Shown: in pieces, positions 10,564 through 21,644 of the stretch
Numbering within the stretch: position 1 is the first letter of the stretch
Layout: each line of letters opens with the position of its first letter
Source of the DNA: an uncultured cyanobacterium
GTDB lineage: Bacteria > Cyanobacteriota > Cyanobacteriia > Cyanobacteriales > Nostocaceae
Length of the DNA: 64,000 bases
NCBI GenBank assembly: GCA_963740315.1
Contig: CAVUDP010000002.1
Coordinates: 1,664,001 to 1,728,000, forward strand
Direction of reading: 5' to 3'
Made by a program: the position numbers and the translations under genes
Notes under the pieces: generated by a model
Database searches by the model: none
What the model was told of the DNA's origin: nothing
The model's input: only the letters and a program-made list of their open reading frames with translations

Positions 10564-10800
10564 TTACTTCCCGCTACCGGGACCACCACCTTGAAAGCCA
10601 CCGTAGGAAGAGCGACCGGATGAGTAAAATATCCAGGTTCCGTTGCGATCGTAGTAACCTGATGCACTGGTTCCGCTACGAGGAGAGAAGTTTGCTTGTT
10701 TTTCTTCGCGCAATACGAAAGCTGATTTTTGGGTATAAGCGTCGGTAATTGACCATAGTGCCATTAGTACCCCGATTCCAGCAAAGACTTTTGTAAGCAT
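10564..10800 (-). CDS. Small exported/membrane protein with Gly-rich tail
   Basis: Hydrophobic N-terminus, C-terminal GGFQGGGPGSGK; operon context with the aminopropyltransferase. Confidence 0.65.
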   Translation of the reverse strand: MLTKVFAGIGVLMALWSITDAYTQKSAFVLREEKQANFSPRSGTSASGYYDRNGTWIFYSSGRSSYGGFQGGGPGSGK

Positions 10801-10852
10801 AGTTTTTTATTTAATCTAAATATTGTTTTACCTGTTTTTCTAATCCAAAATT

Positions 10853-11839
10853 TTATCCGCCGATATGCACGGCTTCTACAGTTGTACGAGTACGATTACC
10901 ATCGAGAACGGTGAGAGTTGTTCTATCTACTGGTGCATCTGGGGTAACTTCGACATGAAAACCGTATGAATCTTGCGGTTCTAAGATAAAGAACTTTTGT
11001 GCAAAACCCGTGACTTTTTCAAGTTTTCCGTCTTCCCGATGAAACTTTAGATTCAACGAAATATTCTCTTCGTATAGCTTTTCCCCATAGGAATCATTGA
11101 CAACCAATCGAGCTTTCATTGTAGGAGGACTGGTTTCGTCGGATTTGACGTTGATTTTTACCCGCACCAATTTATCGGCACCACCAAGAGTACCTCTTTC
11201 GCTCGGATCGCTATCGGCGATCGTTTTAGAAATCACTTTTTTTCCGGTATTAGGAACGGCTAAAAATGTCATTACAGCCAAAGCCAAAGTTCCAAATAAA
11301 CCGGGGAATAAATGACGGGTATCTACAACTCCGTTAGCAACTTTTACATTAATACTTACAGGTTGTGCAATTTCGCGACCAGTATTATCGGTGTACTCTA
11401 ATACAGAGATAGCAAGTGTAACTTCCTCATTTTTCTTGGCGCGGACATCTAAACCAGCATCTAAATCATCTTCGCTCCAACTACCGGACTCGCCATCTTC
11501 ATTCCAAGTCCCCGATTCACGCCATGCTTCTTTAGTCGCAGAAGCAATTAGTTTTCCTTGTTTATCGAGCAACTGAATCTCGTAAGTCACCCAACGGTTA
11601 TTCGGTATGGAAGCATTTGCATCAATCCGTAAGGCTCCAATTAATTGAGGTTCGATTTTCAGTGCTTCAATTTTTACTACTTCTTCTTCGCTAACTTGGA
11701 CAGTTTTAGAAAAAAGGACTTTTTCAAAAAATGCAGATGCAATTAAAGCAAGAATTATTAAACCAGTAGCACCCAAAGCAATATAAAGTGCCGGATCTAT
11801 AAAACGATTTGTCTTCTTAACATTTATACTTGCTGACAT
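10853..11839 (-). CDS. Hypothetical membrane protein of the aminopropyltransferase gene cluster
   Basis: Two TM segments; W.ESG.W.EDGESGSW.E motif; co-oriented with the cluster. Confidence 0.7.
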   Translation of the reverse strand: MSASINVKKTNRFIDPALYIALGATGLIILALIASAFFEKVLFSKTVQVSEEEVVKIEALKIEPQLIGALRIDANASIPNNRWVTYEIQLLDKQGKLIASATKEAWRESGTWNEDGESGSWSEDDLDAGLDVRAKKNEEVTLAISVLEYTDNTGREIAQPVSINVKVANGVVDTRHLFPGLFGTLALAVMTFLAVPNTGKKVISKTIADSDPSERGTLGGADKLVRVKINVKSDETSPPTMKARLVVNDSYGEKLYEENISLNLKFHREDGKLEKVTGFAQKFFILEPQDSYGFHVEVTPDAPVDRTTLTVLDGNRTRTTVEAVHIGG

Positions 11840-12696
11840 AATGTTTTCAGCTTTACGGTATTTTTAACAACACTATGCCATGATAACCTTCCGGAAAAAG
11901 CAAAGTTAGTTCACAATACTACAGAAGTTAGATTTGACAAAGGATTTAGCTTTATTTTAAATGTATCAAATGTATTTAAAATAAAAATGAGGATTTTACG
12001 GAGAATAAACTGTAACTCCTTAAATATAGTTAAGTAAAATTACTGTTTTTTAAATATAAATTTCTCATAAAGCAATTAAGAAGATATCTTATAGCTTGTG
12101 TTTGAGTTATTTTTAAAACATTTTGGCTATAAAACAAAGACTTAAATGTATAGCAGTACGCGGCTTATTCTTAGATAAATAATTGAAAATATTTACCAAC
12201 ATTGGTCGCTATAAAGCATTTATAAATACATTTTTTTATTAACAGCATGGCATCATTATTGTAAGATAATTACATTATCAGTTCCACTATTTGTTATCTG
12301 TGAGTAAATGTTGAAATGCAAGATTTTACCGCATTTATAAAAGTGTTTTACTTGATGCGTATTTGATGTTAATTACAGGTCTATAAAGTTGATAACTGTT
12401 TAATAAAAAGGGCTGGCATATCATGATTAATTCACTTCATGGTGATGATATTTTTTGCAAAATGTATCTTTATTCAAATGTCTTGCACCATTTTCAACAA
12501 GCTGCAAGTAACCCGGTTTCTTGCTTCACAACGAAAATATTCCGGGAATAGAGCCAAGCAGTGTAAGTGGATTGAATTAAGTTATAGATGGACACAATCT
12601 ATTGAGCGTGTCTATAAGACGCTAGCAATTAATCATCAAAGATAAATCAATCTCAATTGTTTAAATAAGGGGAATTCCCCACTTTATGTATACATA

Positions 12697-14262
12697 ATGA
12701 TTTTTCAGAGCGAGGCAAAAATGAGTAATGTTGATTATGATGCGATTATTATTGGTACTGGTGCTGGTGGTGGAACTCTAGCTAGAGTTTTAGCTGCAAG
12801 TGGTAAGAAAATATTAATCTTAGAAAGAGGTAGTTTTTTACCCAAAGAGAAGGCTAATTGGAGTGCAACAGAAATATTTCGTAACGATTGTTATCGCACT
12901 AGAGAAATCTGGTACGACAAACAGGGTAAACCAATTCATCCCGTAACCCATTACAACGTCGGTGGAAATACTAAATTTTACGGTAGCGCTCTATTCAGAT
13001 TGCGCGATCGCGATTTTGAAAAAGTAGCACATCATGATGGTATTTCTCCGGAATGGGCGCTAAAATACCGAGATTTCGCCGATTACTACCAAAAAGCAGA
13101 GCAAATGTATGAGGTTCACGGTAAACGAGGTTTAGACTCTACCGAACCAGAAATCAATAGCGATTATCCCTTCCCCCCCATTACCCACGAACCCTATATT
13201 CAGACAATCAACGAAAAACTTAAAGATAGGGGTTTGCATCCATTTTATTTACCCTTGGGACTAAAATTAGACGAAAAAAATTCATTGGCTAGTAATTGTA
13301 TTCGCTGCAATACTTGCGATGGTTTTCCCTGTCTAGTTGATGGTAAAGCTGATGCTGATATTAACGGTGTTCGTTCCGCGATCGCCCATAGTAATGTAAC
13401 TTTAATTACTCAAGCAAAAGTCTTAAAATTACACACCAATTCATCGGGAACAGAAATAAGTACGGTAGAAACAGATATTTTAGGAAAGCTGTATCATTTC
13501 AAAGCTAATATCGTTGTTGTTTGCTGCGGTGCTATCAATTCAGCAGTATTATTATTGAAGTCTGCTAACGATAAACACCCTAACGGATTAGCTAATAGTT
13601 CCGATTTGGTAGGGCGTAATTATATGTCGCATAAATTTGGCGTAGTTGCAGCCTTATCTAGAAAAGAAAATCTTACTAGCTTTCAAAAAACTATCGGTTT
13701 AAATGATTTTTATTGGGGAGAAAAAGATTTTAATTATCCAATGGGTAGCGTGCAGTTACTAGGTAATATTCCTGAAGAAAGAATTGAAGAGGATGCACCA
13801 TTATTCATACCCAAATTTATCGCGAAAAACATTGCTAAACATACCGTAGGATGGTTCTTGATGACTGAAGATTTACCAAACCCAAATAACCGGGTGCGGA
13901 TTCATCAAGATAAAATATTTCTCGAATATACTCATAACAACGAAGTGCCATTTCGTAGGTTAATGAAGCGTTGGATACAGGTTTTAAAATCAACTAATAA
14001 CCGTGGGAATTGGGATGACTTTACATTATATTCTGCCCAAAAAATGACTATTAAAGAAGTTGGACATCAATGCGGTACTTGTCGCTTTGGTGAAGATGCC
14101 AAAACTTCGGTTTTAGATATTAACTGTCGCACCCATGACGTTGATAACTTGTATGTAGTCGATGGTAGTTTTTTCCCTTCCAGTGCAGCCGTTAACCCTA
14201 CATTAACGATTATTGCCAATGCAATACGTGTAGGCGAACATATTATCAAAAGGCTGGAATAA
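12697..14262 (+). CDS. GMC family oxidoreductase (FAD)
   Basis: GTGAGGG FAD motif, CIRCNTCDGFPC, HQCGTCRFG and NPTLTI motifs; start may be 12721. Confidence 0.9.
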   Translation: MIFQSEAKMSNVDYDAIIIGTGAGGGTLARVLAASGKKILILERGSFLPKEKANWSATEIFRNDCYRTREIWYDKQGKPIHPVTHYNVGGNTKFYGSALFRLRDRDFEKVAHHDGISPEWALKYRDFADYYQKAEQMYEVHGKRGLDSTEPEINSDYPFPPITHEPYIQTINEKLKDRGLHPFYLPLGLKLDEKNSLASNCIRCNTCDGFPCLVDGKADADINGVRSAIAHSNVTLITQAKVLKLHTNSSGTEISTVETDILGKLYHFKANIVVVCCGAINSAVLLLKSANDKHPNGLANSSDLVGRNYMSHKFGVVAALSRKENLTSFQKTIGLNDFYWGEKDFNYPMGSVQLLGNIPEERIEEDAPLFIPKFIAKNIAKHTVGWFLMTEDLPNPNNRVRIHQDKIFLEYTHNNEVPFRRLMKRWIQVLKSTNNRGNWDDFTLYSAQKMTIKEVGHQCGTCRFGEDAKTSVLDINCRTHDVDNLYVVDGSFFPSSAAVNPTLTIIANAIRVGEHIIKRLE

Positions 14263-14324
14263 GAATAGGGAGTAGGGAGTAGGGAATAGGGAATAGGGAA
14301 TAGGGAATAGGGAGTACTAAGAAT

Positions 14325-15140
14325 TTATTTCCGCGCTAATACAAAAAAGGTTGTGATATCATGCCAAACACCTTTATCTGTAGCTAAACCTTCAATAATG
14401 CTGGCAAATTCAGCTTTTAATTGTTGTTTTTGTGATAATGGAAGTTGCAACAAAGGATTTTCAGGGTGAATCCAAGTACTTCCATCAAAAATCTTTTTTG
14501 CATCATCAACCGACATATATTTACCAAATTGCTCGGTTGTCACTTCAATATTATGAAAACCAACTTCTGTTAAGAGATTTTCGCATTTTTGCACCGTACC
14601 TAAAGGCTCATTGATATTGGGTAGAGTAATACCACAATTAGAGCAAGCATTCATGATTGCAGGAGTCATCAAAGAAGTTTCCGCGTAAGCGTTAAAAGCT
14701 ACAATTCCACCCGGTTTAAGGAAACGATACCAATCTTTTAAAGCAGCAGAAATATTTCTAAAAACCATCACGGCAGAACAACATAAAACAGCATCAAAAC
14801 TGTTATCGTTAAAATTAAGATATTCTGCGTCTACCTCAATTAACTCAATATTTCTTAAACCTAATACATTAATTTTATCTTGCGCTTGCGATAGTAAAAC
14901 AGAAGCGATGTCAACTCCGACAACTTTACCCGTATCACCGACAATTTCAGCCACAGGAATAGCAATCAAACCCGTACCAGTGGCAATATCAAGTACTTTA
15001 TATTCTTTTTTCAAAGGTAATAATTCTAAAAAGTTATTAGCGCGACGGTTTGCAAATTCACTGCGATCGTAGTTAATTCTTGCATTAAAGTAGTCGGCTA
15101 CTTGCTGTTTGTATTCATCGAGATTTGTGTAGTTAGACAT
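14325..15140 (-). CDS. Class I SAM-dependent methyltransferase (paralog 1)
   Basis: VLDIATGTG motif I, FDAVLC, LKPGG. Confidence 0.9.
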   Translation of the reverse strand: MSNYTNLDEYKQQVADYFNARINYDRSEFANRRANNFLELLPLKKEYKVLDIATGTGLIAIPVAEIVGDTGKVVGVDIASVLLSQAQDKINVLGLRNIELIEVDAEYLNFNDNSFDAVLCCSAVMVFRNISAALKDWYRFLKPGGIVAFNAYAETSLMTPAIMNACSNCGITLPNINEPLGTVQKCENLLTEVGFHNIEVTTEQFGKYMSVDDAKKIFDGSTWIHPENPLLQLPLSQKQQLKAEFASIIEGLATDKGVWHDITTFFVLARK

Positions 15141-15509
15141 TTACAAAAAAAGAATTATAAAGTATGTTTAATTAGATCAATTAATACAAGCGCGATCGTT
15201 CGACTTGTATCGTAACAATTATGTAGAATTATCTACTTAGGAATATAATCAGGCTTAATCGATCGGGGGAAAACGCATCTACATTAAGTGCATAAGCTAG
15301 TTATTTTAAACCCATATATATATATAAGACGAGAAAGTATGAAAAGTAGGATTATTACTTATGTTGAGTTTGTATATTTATATTCCACGTAAAAGTAAAG
15401 TTATTATGTAGTCACTTTAAACACACTAAAGAATGTGCTAATAAAGCATAAGACTATAGTGTCATTTTAAATGAAACTTATATTTTAATTATCTTTTTGG
15501 AGAAAATAG

Positions 15510-15869
15510 GTGATAAAACTGTTGTCGATGGATGCAAACAATGTCATAGGCGTTTCAATCAAAGGAAATGTAAAGACTAAAGACTTTGAATTAGTAAAAA
15601 ATTTTATTAAAGAAGTAGAAGTTCATTACGAGTTTTTACGAATATATGTAGAAATTAAAGATATCGAAGGATTTTCACTAGAAACTTTATTAAAAGAATT
15701 TGAATTTATTCTGACTAACTTTCACAGGTTTGAGAAAGAAGCAATAGTAATCGATCGAAAATTGATTCAAAATCTTGAAAGTATGAAAGATTTGCTTGTT
15801 GCAGGTGTTAAAGTTAAGTGTTTTACCTTTGAAGATAGATGCGAAGCACGTTGTTGGATATTGAATTGA
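15510..15869 (+). CDS. SpoIIAA-like (STAS/SEC14) protein
   Basis: 119 aa; FEK.AIV.D and C-terminal F…..EA..W pattern. Confidence 0.7.
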   Translation: MIKLLSMDANNVIGVSIKGNVKTKDFELVKNFIKEVEVHYEFLRIYVEIKDIEGFSLETLLKEFEFILTNFHRFEKEAIVIDRKLIQNLESMKDLLVAGVKVKCFTFEDRCEARCWILN

Positions 15870-15886
15870 TGTTGGCTTCTTGTTAT

Positions 15887-16705
15887 TTAATCTTTATGTG
15901 CAACAACAAAAAAAGTAGTCTTTTCATTCCAAACACCTTTATCTGTCGCTAAATTTTCAATTGCTGCATCATATTCTGCTTGACACTGCTCTAATTGCAA
16001 CTGCGAAAGTTGTGTTAAAGGATTACTTCGAGGATGAAACCAACCAATATTCCACGATTTTTTCGCATCATCAAGACTTAAATAATTACCAAATTGTTGA
16101 GTTTTGATAGAAATTCTTTGAAAACCAGCTTCTTGTAATAAATCATGACACTTTCGATGAGTACCCAAAGGTGCATTAATATTGGGTAGCGAAATTCCGC
16201 AAGCTTTAGCACAAGCTTGAATAATGATTGGTGTCATAAAAGATGTTTCTGAAAAGCAAGAGAAAGCCACCGTACCACCTTTATGAAGAAAACGATACCA
16301 TTTTTGTAGAGCAGTCGGAATATCGCTCAACCAGACGAAAGCTGAAGAACAAAAAATCGCATCAAAACTTTGATCATTAAAATCGATATAATCTGCATCA
16401 GCTTCAATCAACTCAATATTGTGCAAACCAGCTTGTTTAATTTTTTCCTTTGCTTGATTGAGCATAGTTGAAGAAATATCCACACCGACAACTTTACCCT
16501 CGTTTCCGACAGTTTTGGCTGCTGAAATTGCAACAATTCCGGTACCAGTTGCAACATCTAATATTTTCTGTCCTTTCTGAAGTTGCACTAAATCTACCAA
16601 AGCAAGTGCTAAACGAAAGCGAAAATCATCATCATACTTAGTTCGTTTATTAAAAAATTCAGTTACCTGCTGTTTATATTCTTTCTCGTATTGGGAATTA
16701 TCCAT
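15887..16705 (-). CDS. Class I SAM-dependent methyltransferase (paralog 2)
   Basis: ILDVATGTG; start placed at MDNSQYEKEYKQQ by comparison with paralogs (ORF track extends to 16801). Confidence 0.85.
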   Translation of the reverse strand: MDNSQYEKEYKQQVTEFFNKRTKYDDDFRFRLALALVDLVQLQKGQKILDVATGTGIVAISAAKTVGNEGKVVGVDISSTMLNQAKEKIKQAGLHNIELIEADADYIDFNDQSFDAIFCSSAFVWLSDIPTALQKWYRFLHKGGTVAFSCFSETSFMTPIIIQACAKACGISLPNINAPLGTHRKCHDLLQEAGFQRISIKTQQFGNYLSLDDAKKSWNIGWFHPRSNPLTQLSQLQLEQCQAEYDAAIENLATDKGVWNEKTTFFVVAHKD

Positions 16706-17052
16706 GATTTTTTTATTAGTGGGTTTATAAAGTAAATATAAACAGTAAGCAATATGATTGTCTTCTGAAAACTTGCTCGGAAGTATATTAAAATCTTGCA
16801 ATAAGTTGCGATCTATTTGTAAGGTGCGTCACGGCTTGAATAATTTTATTTGAGGTAACTACCTTAGACTTGCCGTAACCTACCACTCGATTATGCTAAT
16901 TTTATTTGTAGGGTGTGTTACGGCTTGAATAATTTTGTTCGAGGTAACAATTTTGAAGTTGCCGTAACGCACCACGAGATTATGCTAAAAACAGAATAAT
17001 TAATTTTTTTAATAATCAAACCGGAGTTTTATATAAAGCATGAATTCAAATT

Positions 17053-17700
17053 ATGATAATTACATATGTAGATAGGTATGTGTTTATAATGAATAAACGA
17101 AAAAAAGTCGAACAAGATTTCCGAAATCTTCTAGAAATTATTCAACAGCAAAGACCTGGTTATATAGCAGCAATGGGTGAAGGTGTATCGGATGAAATAA
17201 TTAGAGATTGCATAAAAATTCATCCAATTCCCGAAGAATTAATGGCTATATATTCTTGCGTTCAAGGTTCATCCTCATCTGTTATGTACGTCGGAGATTC
17301 TGACTACCCTATAGATTTACTTCCAGGTAGCAATTTAATAAATATTTATGAATTAGATAAAGAAATTAATTTTTTAAAACCAGTAGATAGAAACCCAGAG
17401 CCTTGGGAATGGCAACCAGATATGATTCCTTTTCTGGTATATTGCGGTGTTGATTACTATTGCGTCAGAACATTACCAGATGACCAATCTGTTGTATTTC
17501 GTCCAAAAGGCGACCAATATATTACTATAAGTCAAAATATTGAAGATTTTATCTTGATGATTACTGAATGTTATAAACAGAATGCTTATTTCTTAGATGA
17601 TATATTTTTGGAGAATAACTATAATCTTGAAGAACAAATTATTTTCAAGTTCAACCCTAATTATTATGTTCAAAATGACTTAGAACCAGAAGCTTTATAA
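17053..17700 (+). CDS. SMI1/KNR4-like protein (putative immunity protein)
   Basis: IPEELMAIY…G, W.PDMIPF….DYYC and IEDFI pattern; likely start 17089. Confidence 0.55.
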   Translation: MIITYVDRYVFIMNKRKKVEQDFRNLLEIIQQQRPGYIAAMGEGVSDEIIRDCIKIHPIPEELMAIYSCVQGSSSSVMYVGDSDYPIDLLPGSNLINIYELDKEINFLKPVDRNPEPWEWQPDMIPFLVYCGVDYYCVRTLPDDQSVVFRPKGDQYITISQNIEDFILMITECYKQNAYFLDDIFLENNYNLEEQIIFKFNPNYYVQNDLEPEAL

Positions 17701-17880
17701 AAAGACAATTTGCTATATAGCAGTCTTAAATAAATCGTGGAATTATGATATTTGCGAGCCAGATGCTGGTTACTGCAAGCGAGCAAGATGCTCGCACTAT
17801 TTAATAAACAAAATCTTTTTTTACAAATGATTTAGTCGGAATGGTGCGTTACGCTCCGCGATAACACACCCTACAATTAT

Positions 17881-18771
17881 TTAAATTTTATTTCGGTAGA
17901 CTTTCGGTGTAATCCCCATATGCTTACGAAACAAAACTGTAAAATTAGTTTGACTGGAGCAACCAATATTTAATGCTATTTCTACAAGGGGTAATTTAGT
18001 ATAAGCAAGTAAAAACTTTGCTCGTTTAATCCGACATTGAATAATATATTGATGGGGAGAGATACCGATCGCATTTTTAAACCAGCGACAAAAGTTATAG
18101 GTACTCATGTTTACTAAAGTTGCAAGCTCGTTTAAACTCAACTTCAGCGCTAAGTTGTCGTGAATATAGTCAATTATCTGCTGTAATTGCTGCTGGGATT
18201 TAATTTCAGATTCAGGAATTTTTGTATTACTTAGAGAATAATTTTTCAGAATACGAATAGCTAAAGCACTAGCGATTGATTCTGCAAAAATATTACCAGA
18301 TGGACATCCTGCTGTCATTTCTCCCTTCAAAGCCATTCCCAAATGAAAAATCTGCGAATCATCAACGCCACGCTGGGGGATAATTTCAATAGAATTACAA
18401 TCAATTGAATCACCTACCACCTTATAGAAGAGATCGGAATTAAGAGATATCAATAAAAAATCTACATCTTGAAACCAGCGTGCTTGAGTTGGAATACCTT
18501 TAGGAGTAATCCCAATTTCACCTTTTCTCATTTGAGTGGTATGTAATTTTCCACCTGCTAACCGCCAATCTATTTGATAATTACTACCAAGTTGGACACT
18601 AATACTATGTTGCTGCAAACAAATTTCTGGAGATTCAAAAGCTGGTAAATGATGTTGCTCGACGGAAATATCTTTCCAATTTGAAGCGCTGGAAATAATT
18701 GGAGGTTTGTAAGCAACGGGAATTAGATTTCCACTTGTTATTTCAACCGCTGAAAGTCTTTCGGATACCAT
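17881..18771 (-). CDS. AraC family transcriptional regulator
   Basis: C-terminal double HTH: LSLNELA…MS…F…FK…G.SPHQY…RI.RAK.LL. Confidence 0.9.
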   Translation of the reverse strand: MVSERLSAVEITSGNLIPVAYKPPIISSASNWKDISVEQHHLPAFESPEICLQQHSISVQLGSNYQIDWRLAGGKLHTTQMRKGEIGITPKGIPTQARWFQDVDFLLISLNSDLFYKVVGDSIDCNSIEIIPQRGVDDSQIFHLGMALKGEMTAGCPSGNIFAESIASALAIRILKNYSLSNTKIPESEIKSQQQLQQIIDYIHDNLALKLSLNELATLVNMSTYNFCRWFKNAIGISPHQYIIQCRIKRAKFLLAYTKLPLVEIALNIGCSSQTNFTVLFRKHMGITPKVYRNKI

Positions 18772-18806
18772 TTTTTTGAAATATCATTAATAATTTTTTG
18801 TTTTAA

Positions 18807-20528
18807 TCATAACTGATTACTGCTTAACAATCTCAGGGCTGGAGAATTTTCTAACTGTAAGGAATGTTGGGGTATACCAATATCAATATTTTCTCGATCG
18901 AAAGCATATTTGAGACGACGACGTAATTCTCTACCTAAAGCAAATTGCGTACCGGGTTCGGTTTTAAACCATAATAAAATTTCGATACCATTATGGCTAA
19001 TATTATTAACACCTAAAACATTAATTGGGTCGATCGCTGATTCTTTCCACTCTTCATCAGTCTGCATTCCGCAAGCAGTTTCTTTAACTATTCTCAATGC
19101 TTTATCTACATCAGCTTCGGGACTAATTTCTACTGTAAAAACTATCCGCGACCAATCTTTTGTTAAATTATGAACTGTTGATATACTACTGTTAGAAATA
19201 GTGCTTAAAGTTCCATTTGCTTGGCGTAATTGTGTCATCCGCAAATTTACATTTTCTACAACACCTACAGTTCCACCGATATTAATTAAATCGCCAATAA
19301 TAAACTGGTCTTCCCAAAGCATGATAATACCATTGATAATATCCCTAATTAAATTTTGCGAACTAAAGGAAACCGCAAAACCAACAATTCCGGCTCCAGC
19401 TAATATTGGTAAAATAGGAATATGTAGTTTTTCTAAAAACCATAAAATACCTAATACCATCCAGATAAAAGTTATCGATCCCTTTAGAACATTAGAAAAA
19501 GTGGTTAATCGGGAAACACGTCGAGCAGAAACATCGGGTTTTTGTAATTCTCTATCTAGAAACTTTCTGAACAAAAAATCGATAATAACGCTACTAGCTT
19601 TAATACCTAAAATTGTTCCGAGAATAATGGCTAATAATAAAGGTTTTGTCAGCAACCAATCTTCTAACCATCGAGTAAAAGGAAACATCCCCGTAATTGC
19701 GGCTAAACCTAATACCCACAACATAAATAAACTAATTACTAATATCCATCTTTTGAGTCTATTAACATTTAGTTTGCGCTGCCAAACTAGTTTTTGCTGA
19801 CAGTAACGCATCATTTGCTCGTCTGATTGTTCTTCTAAAGTTGCTTCTGACTCAATTGCAAACTCACTCATTTGGGGTTTTTCTTCTTGAAGTCTTTCCC
19901 ACTTTTTCAAAAAACTTTTATACCAAAATATTAGTAATATAGTTAGTACAATAATTCCTACTAATATTCCCAAAGAATTGAAAATCTTATTCTGTAAAGA
20001 TTCTGGTTTCCTTTCTTGCCGTGCTTTAATTAATGCAGGACGAATATTTTTGCTGAACTGTTGAGCTAAATCGATTACCGATAAACCATGAAGTTGAGCA
20101 TCTAAATCAGTAACGCTCATTAACTTGCGTCGGGATAACTTGTTGCGATCGCCAACTAAAATGATGGTTTGTTGTTCGCTTTGAGCGGGAGTAACGTATA
20201 ATTGTCGAGGATTGAAATCTGTAGCAATAATTTCAGAAAGGTTATCTTCATACATTTTTACCCTAGTTTGAAGTGGTGAATTATTCCCATTTACGTTATT
20301 AGCAATTCCTCTGTTGGCTGCAATATACAAAAGTTCGCGTCCATCCAGCGTAATTGGAGCGTAGACGATGCTACTTCGATTGTCAGGAGAATTAGTAAAA
20401 GGGTTAGGATTAGGTTTTGCTTGGACTTGAATGCTTGTAAAGATAGTTAAACTAAAGGTTAAAAGGCTAATTAGTATAAAAGCTTTCTTCTGTAGCCGCT
20501 TTGTTAAACCTGTCAGTCGATTAACCAT
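18807..20528 (-). CDS. MscS family mechanosensitive ion channel
   Basis: ILAGAGIVGFAVSFSSQNLIRD..NG…EDQF.IGD.I…G.VE..NLR.T motif. Confidence 0.9.
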   Translation of the reverse strand: MVNRLTGLTKRLQKKAFILISLLTFSLTIFTSIQVQAKPNPNPFTNSPDNRSSIVYAPITLDGRELLYIAANRGIANNVNGNNSPLQTRVKMYEDNLSEIIATDFNPRQLYVTPAQSEQQTIILVGDRNKLSRRKLMSVTDLDAQLHGLSVIDLAQQFSKNIRPALIKARQERKPESLQNKIFNSLGILVGIIVLTILLIFWYKSFLKKWERLQEEKPQMSEFAIESEATLEEQSDEQMMRYCQQKLVWQRKLNVNRLKRWILVISLFMLWVLGLAAITGMFPFTRWLEDWLLTKPLLLAIILGTILGIKASSVIIDFLFRKFLDRELQKPDVSARRVSRLTTFSNVLKGSITFIWMVLGILWFLEKLHIPILPILAGAGIVGFAVSFSSQNLIRDIINGIIMLWEDQFIIGDLINIGGTVGVVENVNLRMTQLRQANGTLSTISNSSISTVHNLTKDWSRIVFTVEISPEADVDKALRIVKETACGMQTDEEWKESAIDPINVLGVNNISHNGIEILLWFKTEPGTQFALGRELRRRLKYAFDRENIDIGIPQHSLQLENSPALRLLSSNQL

Positions 20529-20606
20529 ATCTTTACCAAATTCAACTGGTTGACGGTTATTAGTTTAAAACGAAACTGTACCTGTTAAATTAATTTAACC
20601 TGGTAA

Positions 20607-20806
20607 TTAAAGTTCGTAGTCAGAGCTTTAGCTCTCAAAGGATTAAAATCCTTACTACAAACCTGCTGATTTATATTATTAAAGTTCGTAGTCAGAGCTT
20701 TAGCTCTCAAAGGATTAAAATCCTTACTACAAACCTGCTGATTTATATTATTAAAGTTCGTAGTCAGAGCTTTAGCTCTCAAAGGATTAAAATCCTTACT
20801 ACAAAC
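20607..20806. repeat. Tandem repeat, 72-bp unit x3, of a double-hairpin REP-like element
   Basis: GTTCGTAGTCAGAGCTTTAGCTCTCAAAGGATTAAAATCCTTACTACAAAC at 20612, 20684, 20756; linkers identical. Confidence 0.9.
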
Positions 20807-20819
20807 TCGATCGTTTATA

Positions 20820-21644
20820 TTACTTTATTGCCCGTATAAAAAATATCGGCGCATCGCACCAAATACCTTTTTCTGTTGTTGGTAAATTCTGCATTTCTTT
20901 GATATATTCTGCAATACATTCCTCTAATTTATCTGCTGAAAGCTGAAAAACTTGATAACCAAAAACATTGTTTGCATTCATCTGCCAAATATTTTTAGCA
21001 ATGCTCTCATCTACTTTAAAATACCAACCAAACTGCTGGGTTTCTATTTGAAGATTTTTAAAACCTATTTCGTGCAATAATTGATGACATCTTTCAATAG
21101 TTCCCATTGGTGCGTTAGGATTGGGAACTTTTATACCATATCTTTGTGCAATTTCTCTAAATAAAACAGAAGGTGGGAAAGCATTTTCTTGCCAAACATT
21201 AAACGCTATAAATCCATCTGTTTTGATAAATTTATGCCATTTTCGCAAAGAAAAAGGAATATCAGTTAAATAACAGACAGCTAAAGAACACAATACAGCA
21301 TCAAAACTATTATCGCTAAATTCTAACATTTCCGCATCTGCTTCGATAAATTCAACATTTTGCAAACCTGTTTCAGCTAACTTTTGTTTGGCATTGCTCA
21401 ACATTCCCGCAGAGATATCAACACCGATAACCTTACCCGTATCACCAACTTTTTGAGCAGCATTCAGCGCAACTATACCCGTACCTGTCGCTACATCTAA
21501 TATTTTCTGTCCGTTTTGGAGATTTGCAAATTCAACTAACTTATTAGCGATCGCTCTAGAAAATCTGCCATTATCGTAATTTTTTCTGGAATTAAAGTCG
21601 GTTAATAATTGTTGTTTGTAAGTTGTTTGATGGTTAGATTGCAT
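20820..21644 (-). CDS. Class I SAM-dependent methyltransferase (paralog 3)
   Basis: ILDVATGTG, FDAVLCS; clearly similar to the genes at 14325 and 15887. Confidence 0.9.
   Translation of the reverse strand: MQSNHQTTYKQQLLTDFNSRKNYDNGRFSRAIANKLVEFANLQNGQKILDVATGTGIVALNAAQKVGDTGKVIGVDISAGMLSNAKQKLAETGLQNVEFIEADAEMLEFSDNSFDAVLCSLAVCYLTDIPFSLRKWHKFIKTDGFIAFNVWQENAFPPSVLFREIAQRYGIKVPNPNAPMGTIERCHQLLHEIGFKNLQIETQQFGWYFKVDESIAKNIWQMNANNVFGYQVFQLSADKLEECIAEYIKEMQNLPTTEKGIWCDAPIFFIRAIK

Noticed and set aside
18910..19800. Long antisense ORFs over mscS (similarly over cas genes, phosphoketolase, GST)
   Set aside because: Shadow frames opposite well-supported genes
20585..20806. 72-bp periodic repeat as a CRISPR array, and its 65-aa ORF
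   Set aside because: Linkers between units are identical, so it is a plain tandem duplication
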